Source: Vulcanimicrobiota bacterium
GTDB lineage: Bacteria; Vulcanimicrobiota; Vulcanimicrobiia; Vulcanimicrobiales; Vulcanimicrobiaceae
Direction: 5' to 3'
Length of the DNA stretch: 64,000 nt
Assembly: GCA_963795855.1 (NCBI GenBank)
Contig: CAWCIZ010000004.1
Location: 224,001 to 288,000, forward strand
The position numbers and the translations under genes are program-made. How positions within the stretch are numbered: the stretch's first letter is position 1; every line of letters starts with the position of its first letter. The notes under the pieces are model-generated. The model had not been told where the DNA came from. It was given only the letters and a program-made list of their open reading frames with translations, and searched no databases. Below are positions 41,744-52,223 of the stretch, piece by piece.

Positions 41744-44555
41744 GTGCGCGTTCGTAACGCACCGGATGTGAAGTTGCGAGGTCTTACTTGCGCGGCGCTG
41801 GTTTTTGCGCTCATGGGCGCCGCGCCGCTGCCCACCGTCTATACCGCTCCCGCCGGTTCGCGCATCGCGGGCGCGCCGAATCCGGCGCAGCCGTACAACG
41901 TCATTCTGCCGAACGGACGCATCGTCGCGCCGGTCGGAAGCAGCGTCGCCGTCGGTATGAACGCGCTGGGAATCACCGTTACGCCGGACGGCAACTACGC
42001 GATCCTCAGCAACGACGACGAACGCGAGCCGGATGCGCTCAGCCGAATCGTGCCGGGAGTTCGAGGCGGATATAGCTTAACCGTCGTGAGCACGGCGTCG
42101 ATGACCGTTACGGACGTGTATCACGCCCCGAACGAAGCGTTTTTCCTGGGCGTTGCCGCGGTCAAAGATCCCGCCGATGACCAGCGCACGCTCGTGATCG
42201 CCTCGGGCGGACCGACGAATACCGTGCATTTCCTCGAACTGGACTCGGTCGGCAAACTGCACGAACTGACCTCACCGCTCGCGCTTTCGGAACCGTCCAA
42301 CGAGCGCTACGCAAACCAGCATCACGCGTATCCGGGCTGGATCGCGCTCTCGCCCAATCAGCGTGTTGCGTACGTGGTCAACAATCTCGCGAACAGCGTC
42401 ACGGCGATCGACCTGCGGACGCGCGCGGCAATGAGCACCGCGCCCGTCGGGTATTTCCCGTGGGCCGCCGTCGTGGCGGGACGGCATTTGTACGTGACGG
42501 ATCCCGGCTTGATGATCTACGGCAACTTGCCGCAAGACGTTCGATATCCGCAGTTCGCCAACGTACCGTCGGCGCCGCAGTACGCATCGGCGCTCACCAA
42601 CGTTCCGCTGAAGGCGGACGGCGACGTCGCAAAGGCGGGCATCAGCGCGACGCGCATGGACGCGCCGCCCGACGGCAGCGACAACGTCGGCGGAGCGCAT
42701 CCGTCCGCGATTGCCGTTTCGAAAAACGGCCGATACGCATACGTCTGCATGACCAACGTCGACCGTGTCGCGGTCCTGGACTTGCATGCGGGAGCGCGCG
42801 TGGTCGGCGGAATTCAGCTGCGCCTTTTCGACAAGGCGCCGTACGGGACGCAGCCGGATGCAATCGTCCGCAGCCCCAACGGAAAACGCTTGTATGTCGC
42901 ACTCGCCGGCATGGACGCGATCGCGGTTCTCGATTCGACGAATCCGCGCAGCCTGCACCGCCTCGGTTTGATTCCGACGGGATGGTATCCGACGGCCCTG
43001 GCGATGTCGCGCAGCGGCCGGTATCTGTTCGTCGCGAACGCCAAAGGCTTCGGGCAAGAGCCGCGCTTCGAGGGCGGACCGCCGTACCGCACGGGTCCCG
43101 GCGGCCGCATCTATCAGGCGGAAGAGGACAGCAACGTCGTTTGGGCGACGTTGCAGCGCATCGACATGCACAAGTTGCCGCTGCAGAAAACGACGATGTC
43201 CGCGCTGCGGTATTTGCGTATCGCGCAACGGCCGGCGCCGAATGCGGTCGTGCCGCCGATGCGATCGCAGCAGCGCAGCAGCGTCATCAAACACGTCGTG
43301 TTCATCTTGGAAGAGAACAAAACGTACGATTCGATGCTGGGGGATCTGACCGACGGTCAAGGTCACTGGTACGGCGCCGGCGATCCTTCGCTGGTCTCAT
43401 TCGGTGAAAGCGTCACCCCGAATCTGCACGCGCTCGCGCGCGAGTATGCGCTCGCGACGAATTTGTACGCCGACTCCGAAGAGTCCGATGCGGGACACCA
43501 ATTCGCGGCGGGCGGCATCGCGACGGCGTATACGGAGAAGACGCTCCTCGTAAAGAGCGGACGAACGCCTCTGGTCAACAAGAACGAAGATCCCGAAGAC
43601 TATCCGCGGGCCGGATACGTCTTCAACGCAGTCTGCTCGCGCGGGTTTGACTTATCGCGACTACGGCGACCTGGTGCGGCTCTCCGGCTACGATGAAGGG
43701 CGCAGCGTGGATCCGCGCGTCGACGATCCAAACTTTCAGGACGACTCCGACACGTCCGCGCCCACGAGCGGCCTTGGCGGGTTATATTCGCTCGATGTGC
43801 CCGCACTTGCCGCGTTGGGTGGCCACATCGACACGAACTATCCCGGATGGAATCTGCGCATTCGCGACGTGCGGCGCGCGAAAGAGTTTATCCGCGACTA
43901 CGGCGCGTTGGAACGCCGAAACGCCGTTCCGGATTTCACGTACGTCTGGCTTCCGGACGACCACGGCGGGTTCGGTCCGGACATCCCGCCGTTGCCGGAA
44001 GAAGTTGCCGACGGCGATCGCGCGCTCGGTATGATCGTCGATTTTCTCACGCATCAGCCAACGTGGAGTTCCACCGCGATCTTCATCACGCCGGATGATG
44101 CACAGAGCTCGCGCGATCACGTCAGCGAACATCGAACGTACGCGGTCGTCGTCTCACCGTACGCGCGCCGCAGATATCTCGGGCAGGCGCATCTCTCGAC
44201 CGTCAGCATACTCAAAACCGAAGAAGAGCTGCTCGGCCTCCCGGCGCTTTCGCTCGGCGATCTGCTCGCGACCGACATGTCGGGATTCTTTCAATCGACG
44301 CCCGACGACGCGCCGTTCACGGCGCTCCCGGTGGCGGAGCAGACGGGCAGCATCGAGGGGCGGCGAATCGCGGCCTTGCTGGGACGCACGGACCAGAGTG
44401 GTCCGGATGCCGACGTCGAACGTTCAGCCGCAATCATCGACTTCGCGCGCCGCGCCGATGCCCTCGCGGCGCGCCGCGGCGCCATGGCGCCGGCGGTTTA
44501 CGCCGCTCGGCAAAACGCTCTCTACGAGGCGGCAATTCGCGCACTCGACGACTAA
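41744..44555 (+). CDS. Secreted YncE/YVTN beta-propeller + phosphoesterase (alkaline-phosphatase superfamily) (frameshift ~43630)
   Basis: AYVVNNLANSVTAID repeats, IPTGWYP, KHVVFILEENKTYD, TPNLHALA, PDDH, DDAQSSRDHV. Confidence 0.88.
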
Positions 44556-44558
44556 AGA

Positions 44559-45398
44559 TTGGAAATGACGCAGACAGTAAGTTACGGACCGCGCCTGGCG
44601 GCGCACCCGACCGGCGCCCTTCGCTCCGCATTGCTGGTAGCACCGGGACCGGCACTTGAGAACGCTCGACCGTTGTCCGGCGAGTTGAACGCAATTGCCC
44701 CTCGTGCACGAGCGCAACAGGAAATCCTCGCGAAAACCCTCCGGTATTTCGGCTGCGAGGTAACGGTGCTCGAAAGTTCGAGTCAGGATCCGTATGCGTG
44801 CGCAGCCGTGAATGCGGCGGTGGTGTTCGAAAACGGCGTGGTCATCATGCGGCCCAGCTCGATGACGGCACGTCCGCAGACCGCTTGGCTCGAAAACGAG
44901 CTGGTGAAGCGCGACATTCCGATAGCCGGGCACATTGCCGCGCCGGCGTTGCTCGATGGCTCCGACGTGCTGCTTGTGGGCAGTACCGCATTCATCGGCG
45001 TGAGCGCGCGCAGCAATGCGCTTGGAAGAAGCGGCTTCGCGCAGATCGCCAAGGCGCACGGGTTCGCCGTGCGCGAAGTGCGCATCCGCGACGGTGCGGC
45101 GCACTTACGCGCGCTCGCGGGCGCTCTGTCGTCCGATTCCGTCGTGCTTGGACCGGAAAGCAGCATCGATCACGCGGCGTTCGAGGGTTTCAAGGTTCTC
45201 GTCGCACCGCTCGGACACGAACGCGGCGCGGGCGTGCTGAACATCGGCGAGCATCACGTCGTCGCAAACGTGCGCTATCCAAGCGTCGTCGATATACTTC
45301 GCCGCGCGAGCATCGTCGTCGAAGCGATCGATCTCCACGATTTCGGCCGTGTGGGCATCGCGCCGTCCATGCTGGCAGTCGATCTGAAGCGCGTGTAG
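44559..45398 (+). CDS. Amidinotransferase/DDAH-fold protein with degenerate active site
   Basis: LDGSDVLLVG..FIGVSARSN..G and HL motifs match DDAH; the C-terminal catalytic Cys is absent. Confidence 0.8.
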   Translation: MEMTQTVSYGPRLAAHPTGALRSALLVAPGPALENARPLSGELNAIAPRARAQQEILAKTLRYFGCEVTVLESSSQDPYACAAVNAAVVFENGVVIMRPSSMTARPQTAWLENELVKRDIPIAGHIAAPALLDGSDVLLVGSTAFIGVSARSNALGRSGFAQIAKAHGFAVREVRIRDGAAHLRALAGALSSDSVVLGPESSIDHAAFEGFKVLVAPLGHERGAGVLNIGEHHVVANVRYPSVVDILRRASIVVEAIDLHDFGRVGIAPSMLAVDLKRV

Positions 45399-45411
45399 GG
45401 ATTCCGCACGG

Positions 45412-46149
45412 ATGCGCATAGCGATCCTTTCCGACATCCACGGAAATCTCGTCGGCCTTGACGCGTGCCTGGCGGATTTGCAAGCGCAGGGCGGCGCCGA
45501 CGTCACCGTCGTGGCCGGCGACTTGTGCATGGATGGTCCCAAGCCGAAAAAAGTACTGCAGCGCCTTCAGGATATCGGTGCGAAGTGTTTGCGCGGGAAT
45601 ACCGACCGGCTGGTCTGCACTTCCGATGGTTCGGAGCTGTCGGAGATCGACGAAGCGGAGCGCAAGCAACTCGTATGGACGCGCGAAGATCTCGGAGAGA
45701 AGTGGATCGCGTGGCTTGCCGCGCTGCCTTTCTCGCTTCGGTTCGGCGAGCCCGGAAACGAACTGCTCGTGGTGCACGCCAATCCCTCGACCGACCACGA
45801 CCATCTCTGGCCCGACGCCGACGACGACACCCTCGAACGGCTCATCGGTGAGGAGCAAGCGGCAATCATCGCGTTCGGCCACTTGCACTTGCCGTACGTG
45901 CGAGCCTGGCGCGGCAGATTGCTGGTGAACGTGGCCTCCGCGGGTTTGCCGAAGGACGGCGATCCGCGTGCGGGCTACGCGATTCTGACGCAGTGCAGCA
46001 GCGGTTGGGAGGTCAAGCACCGCCGCGTTGCTTTCGACGTCAAGAAAGTTGCAACCCAATTGGCCGATTGCGGGATTCCGGAGAGTGCAGAATTGATTTC
46101 TACCTTGCGCCGGCACCGGTACAAAAGATTAAAGACGTACATACCATAA
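45412..46149 (+). CDS. Calcineurin-like metallophosphoesterase
   Basis: SDIHGN, GD, RGNTD, VHA, GHLH, VNVAS. Confidence 0.9.
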   Translation: MRIAILSDIHGNLVGLDACLADLQAQGGADVTVVAGDLCMDGPKPKKVLQRLQDIGAKCLRGNTDRLVCTSDGSELSEIDEAERKQLVWTREDLGEKWIAWLAALPFSLRFGEPGNELLVVHANPSTDHDHLWPDADDDTLERLIGEEQAAIIAFGHLHLPYVRAWRGRLLVNVASAGLPKDGDPRAGYAILTQCSSGWEVKHRRVAFDVKKVATQLADCGIPESAELISTLRRHRYKRLKTYIP

Positions 46150-46883
46150 GGGCGAACGGGCAAACGCCCGCGATCGAAGTTTCCCACATCGTCAAACGCT
46201 ACGGGGATTTCACCGCCGTGGACGATATTTCGCTGCGTGTCGAAGCCGGCGATTTCTTCGGCTTTCTGGGGCCGAACGGCGCAGGGAAGACCACGTCGAT
46301 CAATGCCATCGTCGGGCTTGCGCGTTTGACTGCCGGCTCGATCTCGATTTTCGGTCACGATACGGTGCAGGATTGGCGCGCCGCGCGCCGGCTCGTCGGC
46401 TTGGCGCCGCAGGAATACAACTTCGACCGCTACCTCTCCATTCGCGACGTTCTCATTTACCAAGCGGGATACTTCGGGCTCAAACCGCGCGAAGTGGCCG
46501 ATCGCGCGGACCTGCTGCTCGAGCGATTCGGCCTTGCGTCCAAAGCCAAGCAGGAGTACATGAAACTCTCGGGCGGCATGAAGCGGCGTCTCACGCTCGC
46601 GCGCGCGCTGATTCACTCGCCGAAGTTGCTCATTCTCGACGAACCGACTGCCGGAGTCGACGTCGAATTGCGGCTCGAACTCTGGGATTTGCTGCGCGAA
46701 CTGAACGGCGACGGAATGACGGTGTTCCTCACCACGCATTACCTCGAAGAAGCGGAGGCGCTTTGCCGCAACATCGGCATCATTCGTGCCGGCAAACTGG
46801 TTGCTCTCGAACCCACCCGCGCTCTGCTCGAGCGTGAAGGCAAACGCTTGCAGGACGTGTTTCTCGAGCTGACGCGATCGTGA
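46146..46883 (+). CDS. ABC-2 ATP-binding protein (YadG-like), start uncertain
   Basis: GPNGAGKT, LSGGMKRR, ILDEPTAGVD, TTHY. Confidence 0.92.
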   Translation: MRANGQTPAIEVSHIVKRYGDFTAVDDISLRVEAGDFFGFLGPNGAGKTTSINAIVGLARLTAGSISIFGHDTVQDWRAARRLVGLAPQEYNFDRYLSIRDVLIYQAGYFGLKPREVADRADLLLERFGLASKAKQEYMKLSGGMKRRLTLARALIHSPKLLILDEPTAGVDVELRLELWDLLRELNGDGMTVFLTTHYLEEAEALCRNIGIIRAGKLVALEPTRALLEREGKRLQDVFLELTRS

Positions 46884-47653
46884 TTGCGACGTTCAACAGC
46901 GTGGCGATGTTCACGCTGGTCAAGCGCGAAATGGTGCGCAGCCTGAAAATCATCAATCAGGTGATCTGGCCGCCGATTATCACGACGGTATTGTACGTCA
47001 CGATTTTCGGCCTCGCCCTCGGCAGCCGAATTAAAAACGTTCAAGGCGTTTCTTACGCCGAGTTCCTTATTCCGGGCCTTATCATGCTGCAAGTGATCGA
47101 TTCGTCCTATGCGGAGTGCAGCAGTTCGGTATTCCAAGGGCGGTTTATGAACTCGATTCAGGAACTGCTCATCGCGCCGATGTCCGCCCCGGAGATGGTC
47201 TTCGGCTACATCTTCGGCAGCGTAGCGCGCGCGCTGCTGATTGCGAACATCATCATGGCGCTGGGCTATTTCTTCGTGCACACGCTGCCGTCGAACTGGG
47301 CGCTGTACTTCGGCGCAATGATCGCCGTTGCGGTGCTGTTTTCCGCGCTCGGCATCATCTTCGGTCTGCTCGCCGAGAAATTCGACCACCTCGCGGTCTT
47401 GACCACGTTCGCCATCACGCCGCTCGTGTTCGTCGGCGGCGTCTTCACTTCTGCAACGCAGCTTCCCGTGCGAATACGCAATCTGGAGCTGATCAATCCT
47501 ATGTTCTACACCGTGGACGCATTCCGCCATAGCTACACCGGCCAGAGCTATTTGCCGCTCTGGCTTTCGCTCAGCGTGATCTGCGGTCTCATGATCGCCG
47601 CCCTCGCGATTGCGTTGCGCATGGCGACGATCGGGTACAAGTTGCGTACATGA
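46880..47653 (+). CDS. ABC-2 permease (YadH-like)
   Basis: PPIITTVLY..IFG, Y.EFLIPG, ITPLVFVGGVF, INPMFY. Confidence 0.92.
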   Translation: MIATFNSVAMFTLVKREMVRSLKIINQVIWPPIITTVLYVTIFGLALGSRIKNVQGVSYAEFLIPGLIMLQVIDSSYAECSSSVFQGRFMNSIQELLIAPMSAPEMVFGYIFGSVARALLIANIIMALGYFFVHTLPSNWALYFGAMIAVAVLFSALGIIFGLLAEKFDHLAVLTTFAITPLVFVGGVFTSATQLPVRIRNLELINPMFYTVDAFRHSYTGQSYLPLWLSLSVICGLMIAALAIALRMATIGYKLRT

Positions 47654-47982
47654 TGCTCGTCGGGCTCGTTACGCTGCTGCTAGCGCCGTGGCATGGACCA
47701 TCGGTTCCGACTGCCGCGCCGAACGCAGCGAAATACAAACTCGTCGTGCGCGGTGCGCCGGCGCAACAGGTACGGCTTCATACCGCATCTTTACCGCACG
47801 GCTGGATCGCCTCGTTTTGCACGCCGGCGTTCTGCTCGCCCTTCGCCTATACGGTTCGGTTGAATGCGCGCGGCAGCGCCGTCATCGAGTTTCAAGCCCT
47901 CCGCACGCAAGACTCCGCGCCGCGCCACACGCGCATTACGGTCTTTGCTTCCGATGCTGCGCCCCTCGACATTCGCGTCTAG
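47650..47982 (+). CDS. Small secreted hypothetical protein
   Basis: ATGA overlap with the permease; hydrophobic N-terminus; LPHGWIASFCTPAFCSP. Confidence 0.6.
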   Translation: MMLVGLVTLLLAPWHGPSVPTAAPNAAKYKLVVRGAPAQQVRLHTASLPHGWIASFCTPAFCSPFAYTVRLNARGSAVIEFQALRTQDSAPRHTRITVFASDAAPLDIRV

Positions 47983-47988
47983 CGGCCT

Positions 47989-48807
47989 TTAAAAAAATGG
48001 ATTGTGCGCTTTCTCCCACCCGACTTTGCTGGGCGGTCCGTGCCCCGGCATGAGGCACGTGTCCTCCGGCAGCGTGAAGATCTTCGAACGCACGCTGTTC
48101 AAAATGTCTTCGTAGGTCGAGGCGTCGCCATATGCGCCGCCGACGCTTCCGGCAAAGAGCGTATCGCCCGTGAAAAGCGTCGATTTGAACAGATAAGACG
48201 CTGACCCGTCGGTGTGTCCCGGGGTGTGGAGCAGGCGGATGCGCACGTCTCCGAAGGGCAATTCTTCCCCATCCTTCACCGGCAGCGCAGCGGTTCCAAG
48301 CGACCCGATCGCCGCGACGTCTGCCGCGTGCATCACGATCTTTGCACGCGGAAACTGTGCGGCTACGTCCGCCGTAGCATCGCAATGGTCGCGGTGTTTG
48401 TGTGTGATGAGAATGTATTCCAGGTGGTAGTGGCCGTCCCGGAGCACGCGCAGCAAATTCGCGGCGATCCCGGCCGGATCGACGAGCGCCGCGCGTTTGC
48501 CGCCATCGAGGAAAAAGACGTAGCCGTTGCTGGGATGCGGATCTTGCGGGTGATGACGCACGTCCGGCAATCGAATTTCATCCGGATGCCAGCGCTGCGC
48601 GGCGGCGTCGGCAAATTTCGCGGGATCGAGCCGCAATGCCGACGCGATTTCGCGGGCTTCGCGTTCGCCTGGCGCCGAACGGCCCGCGGCCCACGCGCCG
48701 ATCGCTTCACCGGGGAGGCCGGTCGCGCGCGCGAGGGCTGCGACCCCCACGCCCGCACCGCGCATGGCCTTGGTCAAAATGTCGGAAAACTCGTCCTCCA
48801 GCGCCAT
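47989..48807 (-). CDS. XRE-HTH / metallo-beta-lactamase-fold hydrolase fusion
   Basis: N-terminal HTH (AALARATGLPGEAIGAW); THKHRDH, HTPGHT, FTGDTLF, PGHG; GAGGGAG SD. Confidence 0.87.
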   Translation of the reverse strand: MALEDEFSDILTKAMRGAGVGVAALARATGLPGEAIGAWAAGRSAPGEREAREIASALRLDPAKFADAAAQRWHPDEIRLPDVRHHPQDPHPSNGYVFFLDGGKRAALVDPAGIAANLLRVLRDGHYHLEYILITHKHRDHCDATADVAAQFPRAKIVMHAADVAAIGSLGTAALPVKDGEELPFGDVRIRLLHTPGHTDGSASYLFKSTLFTGDTLFAGSVGGAYGDASTYEDILNSVRSKIFTLPEDTCLMPGHGPPSKVGWEKAHNPFF

Positions 48808-48859
48808 GTTGCTCTCCCTCGAAACCGGAGGCCCCCGCCGCACGGTCGAAGGGTCCGGT

Positions 48860-49798
48860 ATGGAACGCCTCGTCATCATCGGATCCGGTCCGGCCGGGCT
48901 AACGGCGGCGATATACGCCGCTCGCGCGAATCTTCGACCCTTGATTTTGGCCGGCGGCATGTACGGCGGTCAGTTGATGCTTACGACTGATGTAGAGAAT
49001 TACCCCGGTTTTCCGGACGGCATCATGGGCCCCGATTTGATGATCAAATTCCGCGAGCAGGCGGAGCGTTTCGGCGCGCGCGTCGAAAACGTCGATGCGA
49101 TCGGCGTGGACTTCACGAAACGGCCGCTCGTGGTGCGCACCGCCGACGCGGCGTATGAAGCCAGCAGCGTTATCGCGGCGACCGGTGCGAGCGCGCGCTG
49201 GCTCGGAATACCGGGCGAAGAGCGCCTGCGCGGACGTGGTGTTTCTACCTGCGCCACCTGCGACGGTGCGTTCTTTCGCGACGGCCGTATCGTGGTGGTC
49301 GGAGGCGGCGATTCCGCAATGGAAGAGGCGCTGTTTCTCACCCGCTTCGGGCGCAAGGTGACGGTCATTCATCGTCGCGAGGGCTTGCGCGCAAGCAAGA
49401 TCATGGCCGATCGCGCGCTTGCGAACCGCAAAATTGAATTCGTTTGGAACACCGTCGTGGAAGAGGCAATCGGCGATCACACGCTGCGCGCGCTCCGTCT
49501 GCATAATCTCGTCGACGGCAGCCGGTACGACTTTGAAGCCGATGCGCTCTTCATCGCGATCGGTCACGATCCCAATACCGCGATCTTCAAAGGCCACCTG
49601 GACCTGGATCGCGCCGGGTACATCGTGTCGCCCGATGGAACTTCTACGAACGTCGAAGGCGTTTTCGTCGCAGGCGATGTGTTCGACATCCGCTACAAAC
49701 AAGCCATTACGGCGGCAGGTTCGGGGTGTAAAGCCGCAATGGACGCTGAGAAATTCCTGGAAGCGTTGGACTTTCCGATTGAAGAAGCCATAGCATAG
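48860..49798 (+). CDS. trxB: Thioredoxin-disulfide reductase
   Basis: IIGSGPAG, VENYPGF, CATCDG, GGGDSAMEEA, AGDV, QAITAAG. Confidence 0.97.
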   Translation: MERLVIIGSGPAGLTAAIYAARANLRPLILAGGMYGGQLMLTTDVENYPGFPDGIMGPDLMIKFREQAERFGARVENVDAIGVDFTKRPLVVRTADAAYEASSVIAATGASARWLGIPGEERLRGRGVSTCATCDGAFFRDGRIVVVGGGDSAMEEALFLTRFGRKVTVIHRREGLRASKIMADRALANRKIEFVWNTVVEEAIGDHTLRALRLHNLVDGSRYDFEADALFIAIGHDPNTAIFKGHLDLDRAGYIVSPDGTSTNVEGVFVAGDVFDIRYKQAITAAGSGCKAAMDAEKFLEALDFPIEEAIA

Positions 49799-49818
49799 GA
49801 GCGACACCGACAACTCGA

Positions 49819-50238
49819 ATGCGAGCCCTGCGCCTTGCCGTCATCTCCATCTTCGCGATCGCGCTCGCGTGCGGCAGCGCGCTTGCCGACGGCAATACGG
49901 GCATCGTGTACGTTCGCGTCATGGATGCAAAATCGGGAAAGCCCGCCGCCGGTTGGACCGTTCAAGTTACGGGGCGCGACGGTGATTCACAAGCACTGAC
50001 CGGACCAAGCGGACAGGTGACTTTTTTCTCGGTCTTGCCGGGAATGGCGCGCGTCGACGTGCTGCGCCGGGGGGCGCTGGGCGCTTGTCCGGCAATCATC
50101 GTCATTTCGGCCAACGAAGAAACGATCGTCAACGTGCACGTGCGGCATGCCGCGCACCGTCAAGTTGCGTGTTCGCCGCAACGCGCGCAGACGCTGGTTC
50201 GCCCCGGCGTAACCTCCGACGTGTACGACATTTACTGA
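49819..50238 (+). CDS. Secreted carboxypeptidase-regulatory-like domain protein
   Basis: Signal peptide; V.DAKSGKP.AG.TV..T...G...F..V.PG pattern. Confidence 0.7.
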   Translation: MRALRLAVISIFAIALACGSALADGNTGIVYVRVMDAKSGKPAAGWTVQVTGRDGDSQALTGPSGQVTFFSVLPGMARVDVLRRGALGACPAIIVISANEETIVNVHVRHAAHRQVACSPQRAQTLVRPGVTSDVYDIY

Positions 50239-50242
50239 AGCG

Positions 50243-50788
50243 TCAAAACCGGAGTTCGTACAAAAACTCGTCATCCCGGACGGCGTGTCCGCGTTCCGCG
50301 GGCCCGCGAGTCTCGACGCGAGTGAAGCCGAGCGATTCCGCTAGCCGGCACGAGGCCTCGTTCAAGGCGTCGACTTCGGCAAAGAATCGATCGATCGAAA
50401 AGACGCTGCGCACGCTCTCGATGACTGCAAGCGAGCCTTCACGCGCGTAGCCTTTTCGTTGATATGCGGGATAGATCGCGTACGCGAGGTAGGAAACTCG
50501 CTTCGCCGGAAATATCGTCGACTGCAAACTGCCCGCAAGCTCCCGGCTGTCGCGTTCGCGGCAGAGCCAGTTCCACCAAACTTGCTCCGGATTCGTCGAA
50601 CCGCGCGACCATTTCGCATACAGCGCGCGAAGTTCGTTCAGACTTGCCGGGCGCAGTGCCGGAAAATACGTCCACATCCGATCGTCGTCCACCTTCGGCC
50701 ACGCTTCGTCGGCCTGATCGGCGCGTACGGGCTCCAAATCCAAACGCGCTGTGCGCAACGCCGGCGCAGCGTTCGCGAAATCCGGCAT
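50243..50788 (-). CDS. GNAT acetyltransferase, RimJ/RimL family
   Basis: LRTARLDLEP, YQRKGYARE, NEASCRLAESLGF. Confidence 0.88.
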   Translation of the reverse strand: MPDFANAAPALRTARLDLEPVRADQADEAWPKVDDDRMWTYFPALRPASLNELRALYAKWSRGSTNPEQVWWNWLCRERDSRELAGSLQSTIFPAKRVSYLAYAIYPAYQRKGYAREGSLAVIESVRSVFSIDRFFAEVDALNEASCRLAESLGFTRVETRGPAERGHAVRDDEFLYELRF

Positions 50789-50794
50789 GACTCG

Positions 50795-51811
50795 TCAGCG
50801 CTGATTGTACCGGCGTTCCGCTTTCTTGCCCAGGATGCTAAGCGGCGATTCGGTGATTTCGGACGAACTTGCGGCGCCGCTTGCTTTTTCCGTTTCGATT
50901 CCACCAGGGCTCGGCAAAAGTTTTTCGGCGAGCTCCATGGCGCGCAGGGTCAGTTTCGGCGCCACGCCTTCGAGCAAAACGAGCGCCTTTGCCTGAAGCG
51001 ACAGCACCACTTCCGGGTCGCCGCGGAGCGAGGCGTCGACGATCGTCTGTGCCGCGCTGCGAGCGCTTATCGAAAACATCGGTAATGCGTCGGAAAGCGA
51101 AAACCACGCGTATTCCTTGCGGTGCTGGCCTTTGAACCATGCGTTTCGCGGACTTCCCGTCCGCATAAGGCCCGGCACCACCGTCGTAACCGTGATGTTT
51201 CTGCGCGACAGCGCGGCACGCAGTCCCTCGGAGTAACCGACGGCGGCGAATTTTCCGACGCAATACGGCAGCAAATGGGGGACGCTCACTTTGCCGCCGA
51301 TGGAGGTGATGTTCACGATGCGACCGGCGCCGCCTCGCTCGAACAGCGGCAGCGCGCCTTCAACCGCGTCGTACATCGCCCAAAAGTGCGTGCGAAGCGA
51401 ATCATCGTAATCTTCGCGCGTCATCGACTCGAGCGGGCCGACCGCAATCGTGCCCGCGTTGTTCACCAAGACGTCGATACGTCCGAAACGAGCGAACGCC
51501 GTTTCCAGCGCGTTGCGAATATCTTGGCCGTGCCGCACGTCGCAGACGATCGGAAATGCCTGCACTCCGCGCTCGCGAATGCGGCCGGCGGCCAGTTCGA
51601 GCGCGCGCGCGTCGCGCGCACAGAACGCAACGTGCGCGCCCCGGCTTGCATACTCCAGCGCCAAAGCGAGTCCAAGACCGCGCGATCCGCCCGTGATAAA
51701 GACGACCTGGCCGTCGATTCTCCGGCGTGGAAGCAAACGGGAAGCTGCAAGTACGGCAGCAGATCCGGCGAGCATGAGCGCAAGTGCGCGCGTCGTCTTC
51801 GTTATGCGCAT
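50795..51811 (-). CDS. Short-chain dehydrogenase/reductase
   Basis: TGGSRGLG, NNAG, SIGG, YCVGK (YxxxK). Confidence 0.93.
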   Translation of the reverse strand: MRITKTTRALALMLAGSAAVLAASRLLPRRRIDGQVVFITGGSRGLGLALALEYASRGAHVAFCARDARALELAAGRIRERGVQAFPIVCDVRHGQDIRNALETAFARFGRIDVLVNNAGTIAVGPLESMTREDYDDSLRTHFWAMYDAVEGALPLFERGGAGRIVNITSIGGKVSVPHLLPYCVGKFAAVGYSEGLRAALSRRNITVTTVVPGLMRTGSPRNAWFKGQHRKEYAWFSLSDALPMFSISARSAAQTIVDASLRGDPEVVLSLQAKALVLLEGVAPKLTLRAMELAEKLLPSPGGIETEKASGAASSSEITESPLSILGKKAERRYNQR

Positions 51812-51848
51812 GCGATTCGTCTACCCACCCGTAGGGAAAACATGGCGC

Positions 51849-52223
51849 ATGAGTCAGCGAAATACTGCATTGTCGCTGTTCGCCGCGGGAGCGGCAGCGG
51901 GGCTTGCGCTTACGTACACCGCGCGAAACCGGCGTGCGCGCTTGCGCGCCCCGATCCTGCAAGCGATGACGATAACGGTCCCTCGCGAGCGCGTCGAAGC
52001 GTTCATCGAATCGCGCGAGCGCATGCTCGCCGCCTTGGGATCGAAACGGCGTCTGGGCCTGATCGAGCGTTTGGAGGTGCGCGATGCGCCCGCGGACCGC
52101 GGAACGGAAGTGCATCTATCGATGCGCGGCGTCGGCAAGTACGAAGTCAAAGAAGTGCTCCGCCGCGCGAAAGCGCTTTTGGAAGCAGGCGAAATTCCGA
52201 CGGGACGGCGGTGCGCGGCATGA
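51849..52223 (+). CDS. Shortened SRPBCC/cyclase-like protein
   Basis: TIT..RE, DAPADRGTEV, LRRAKALLEAGEIPT match SRPBCC termini; ATGA overlap with the ADH gene. Confidence 0.6.
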   Translation: MSQRNTALSLFAAGAAAGLALTYTARNRRARLRAPILQAMTITVPRERVEAFIESRERMLAALGSKRRLGLIERLEVRDAPADRGTEVHLSMRGVGKYEVKEVLRRAKALLEAGEIPTGRRCAA

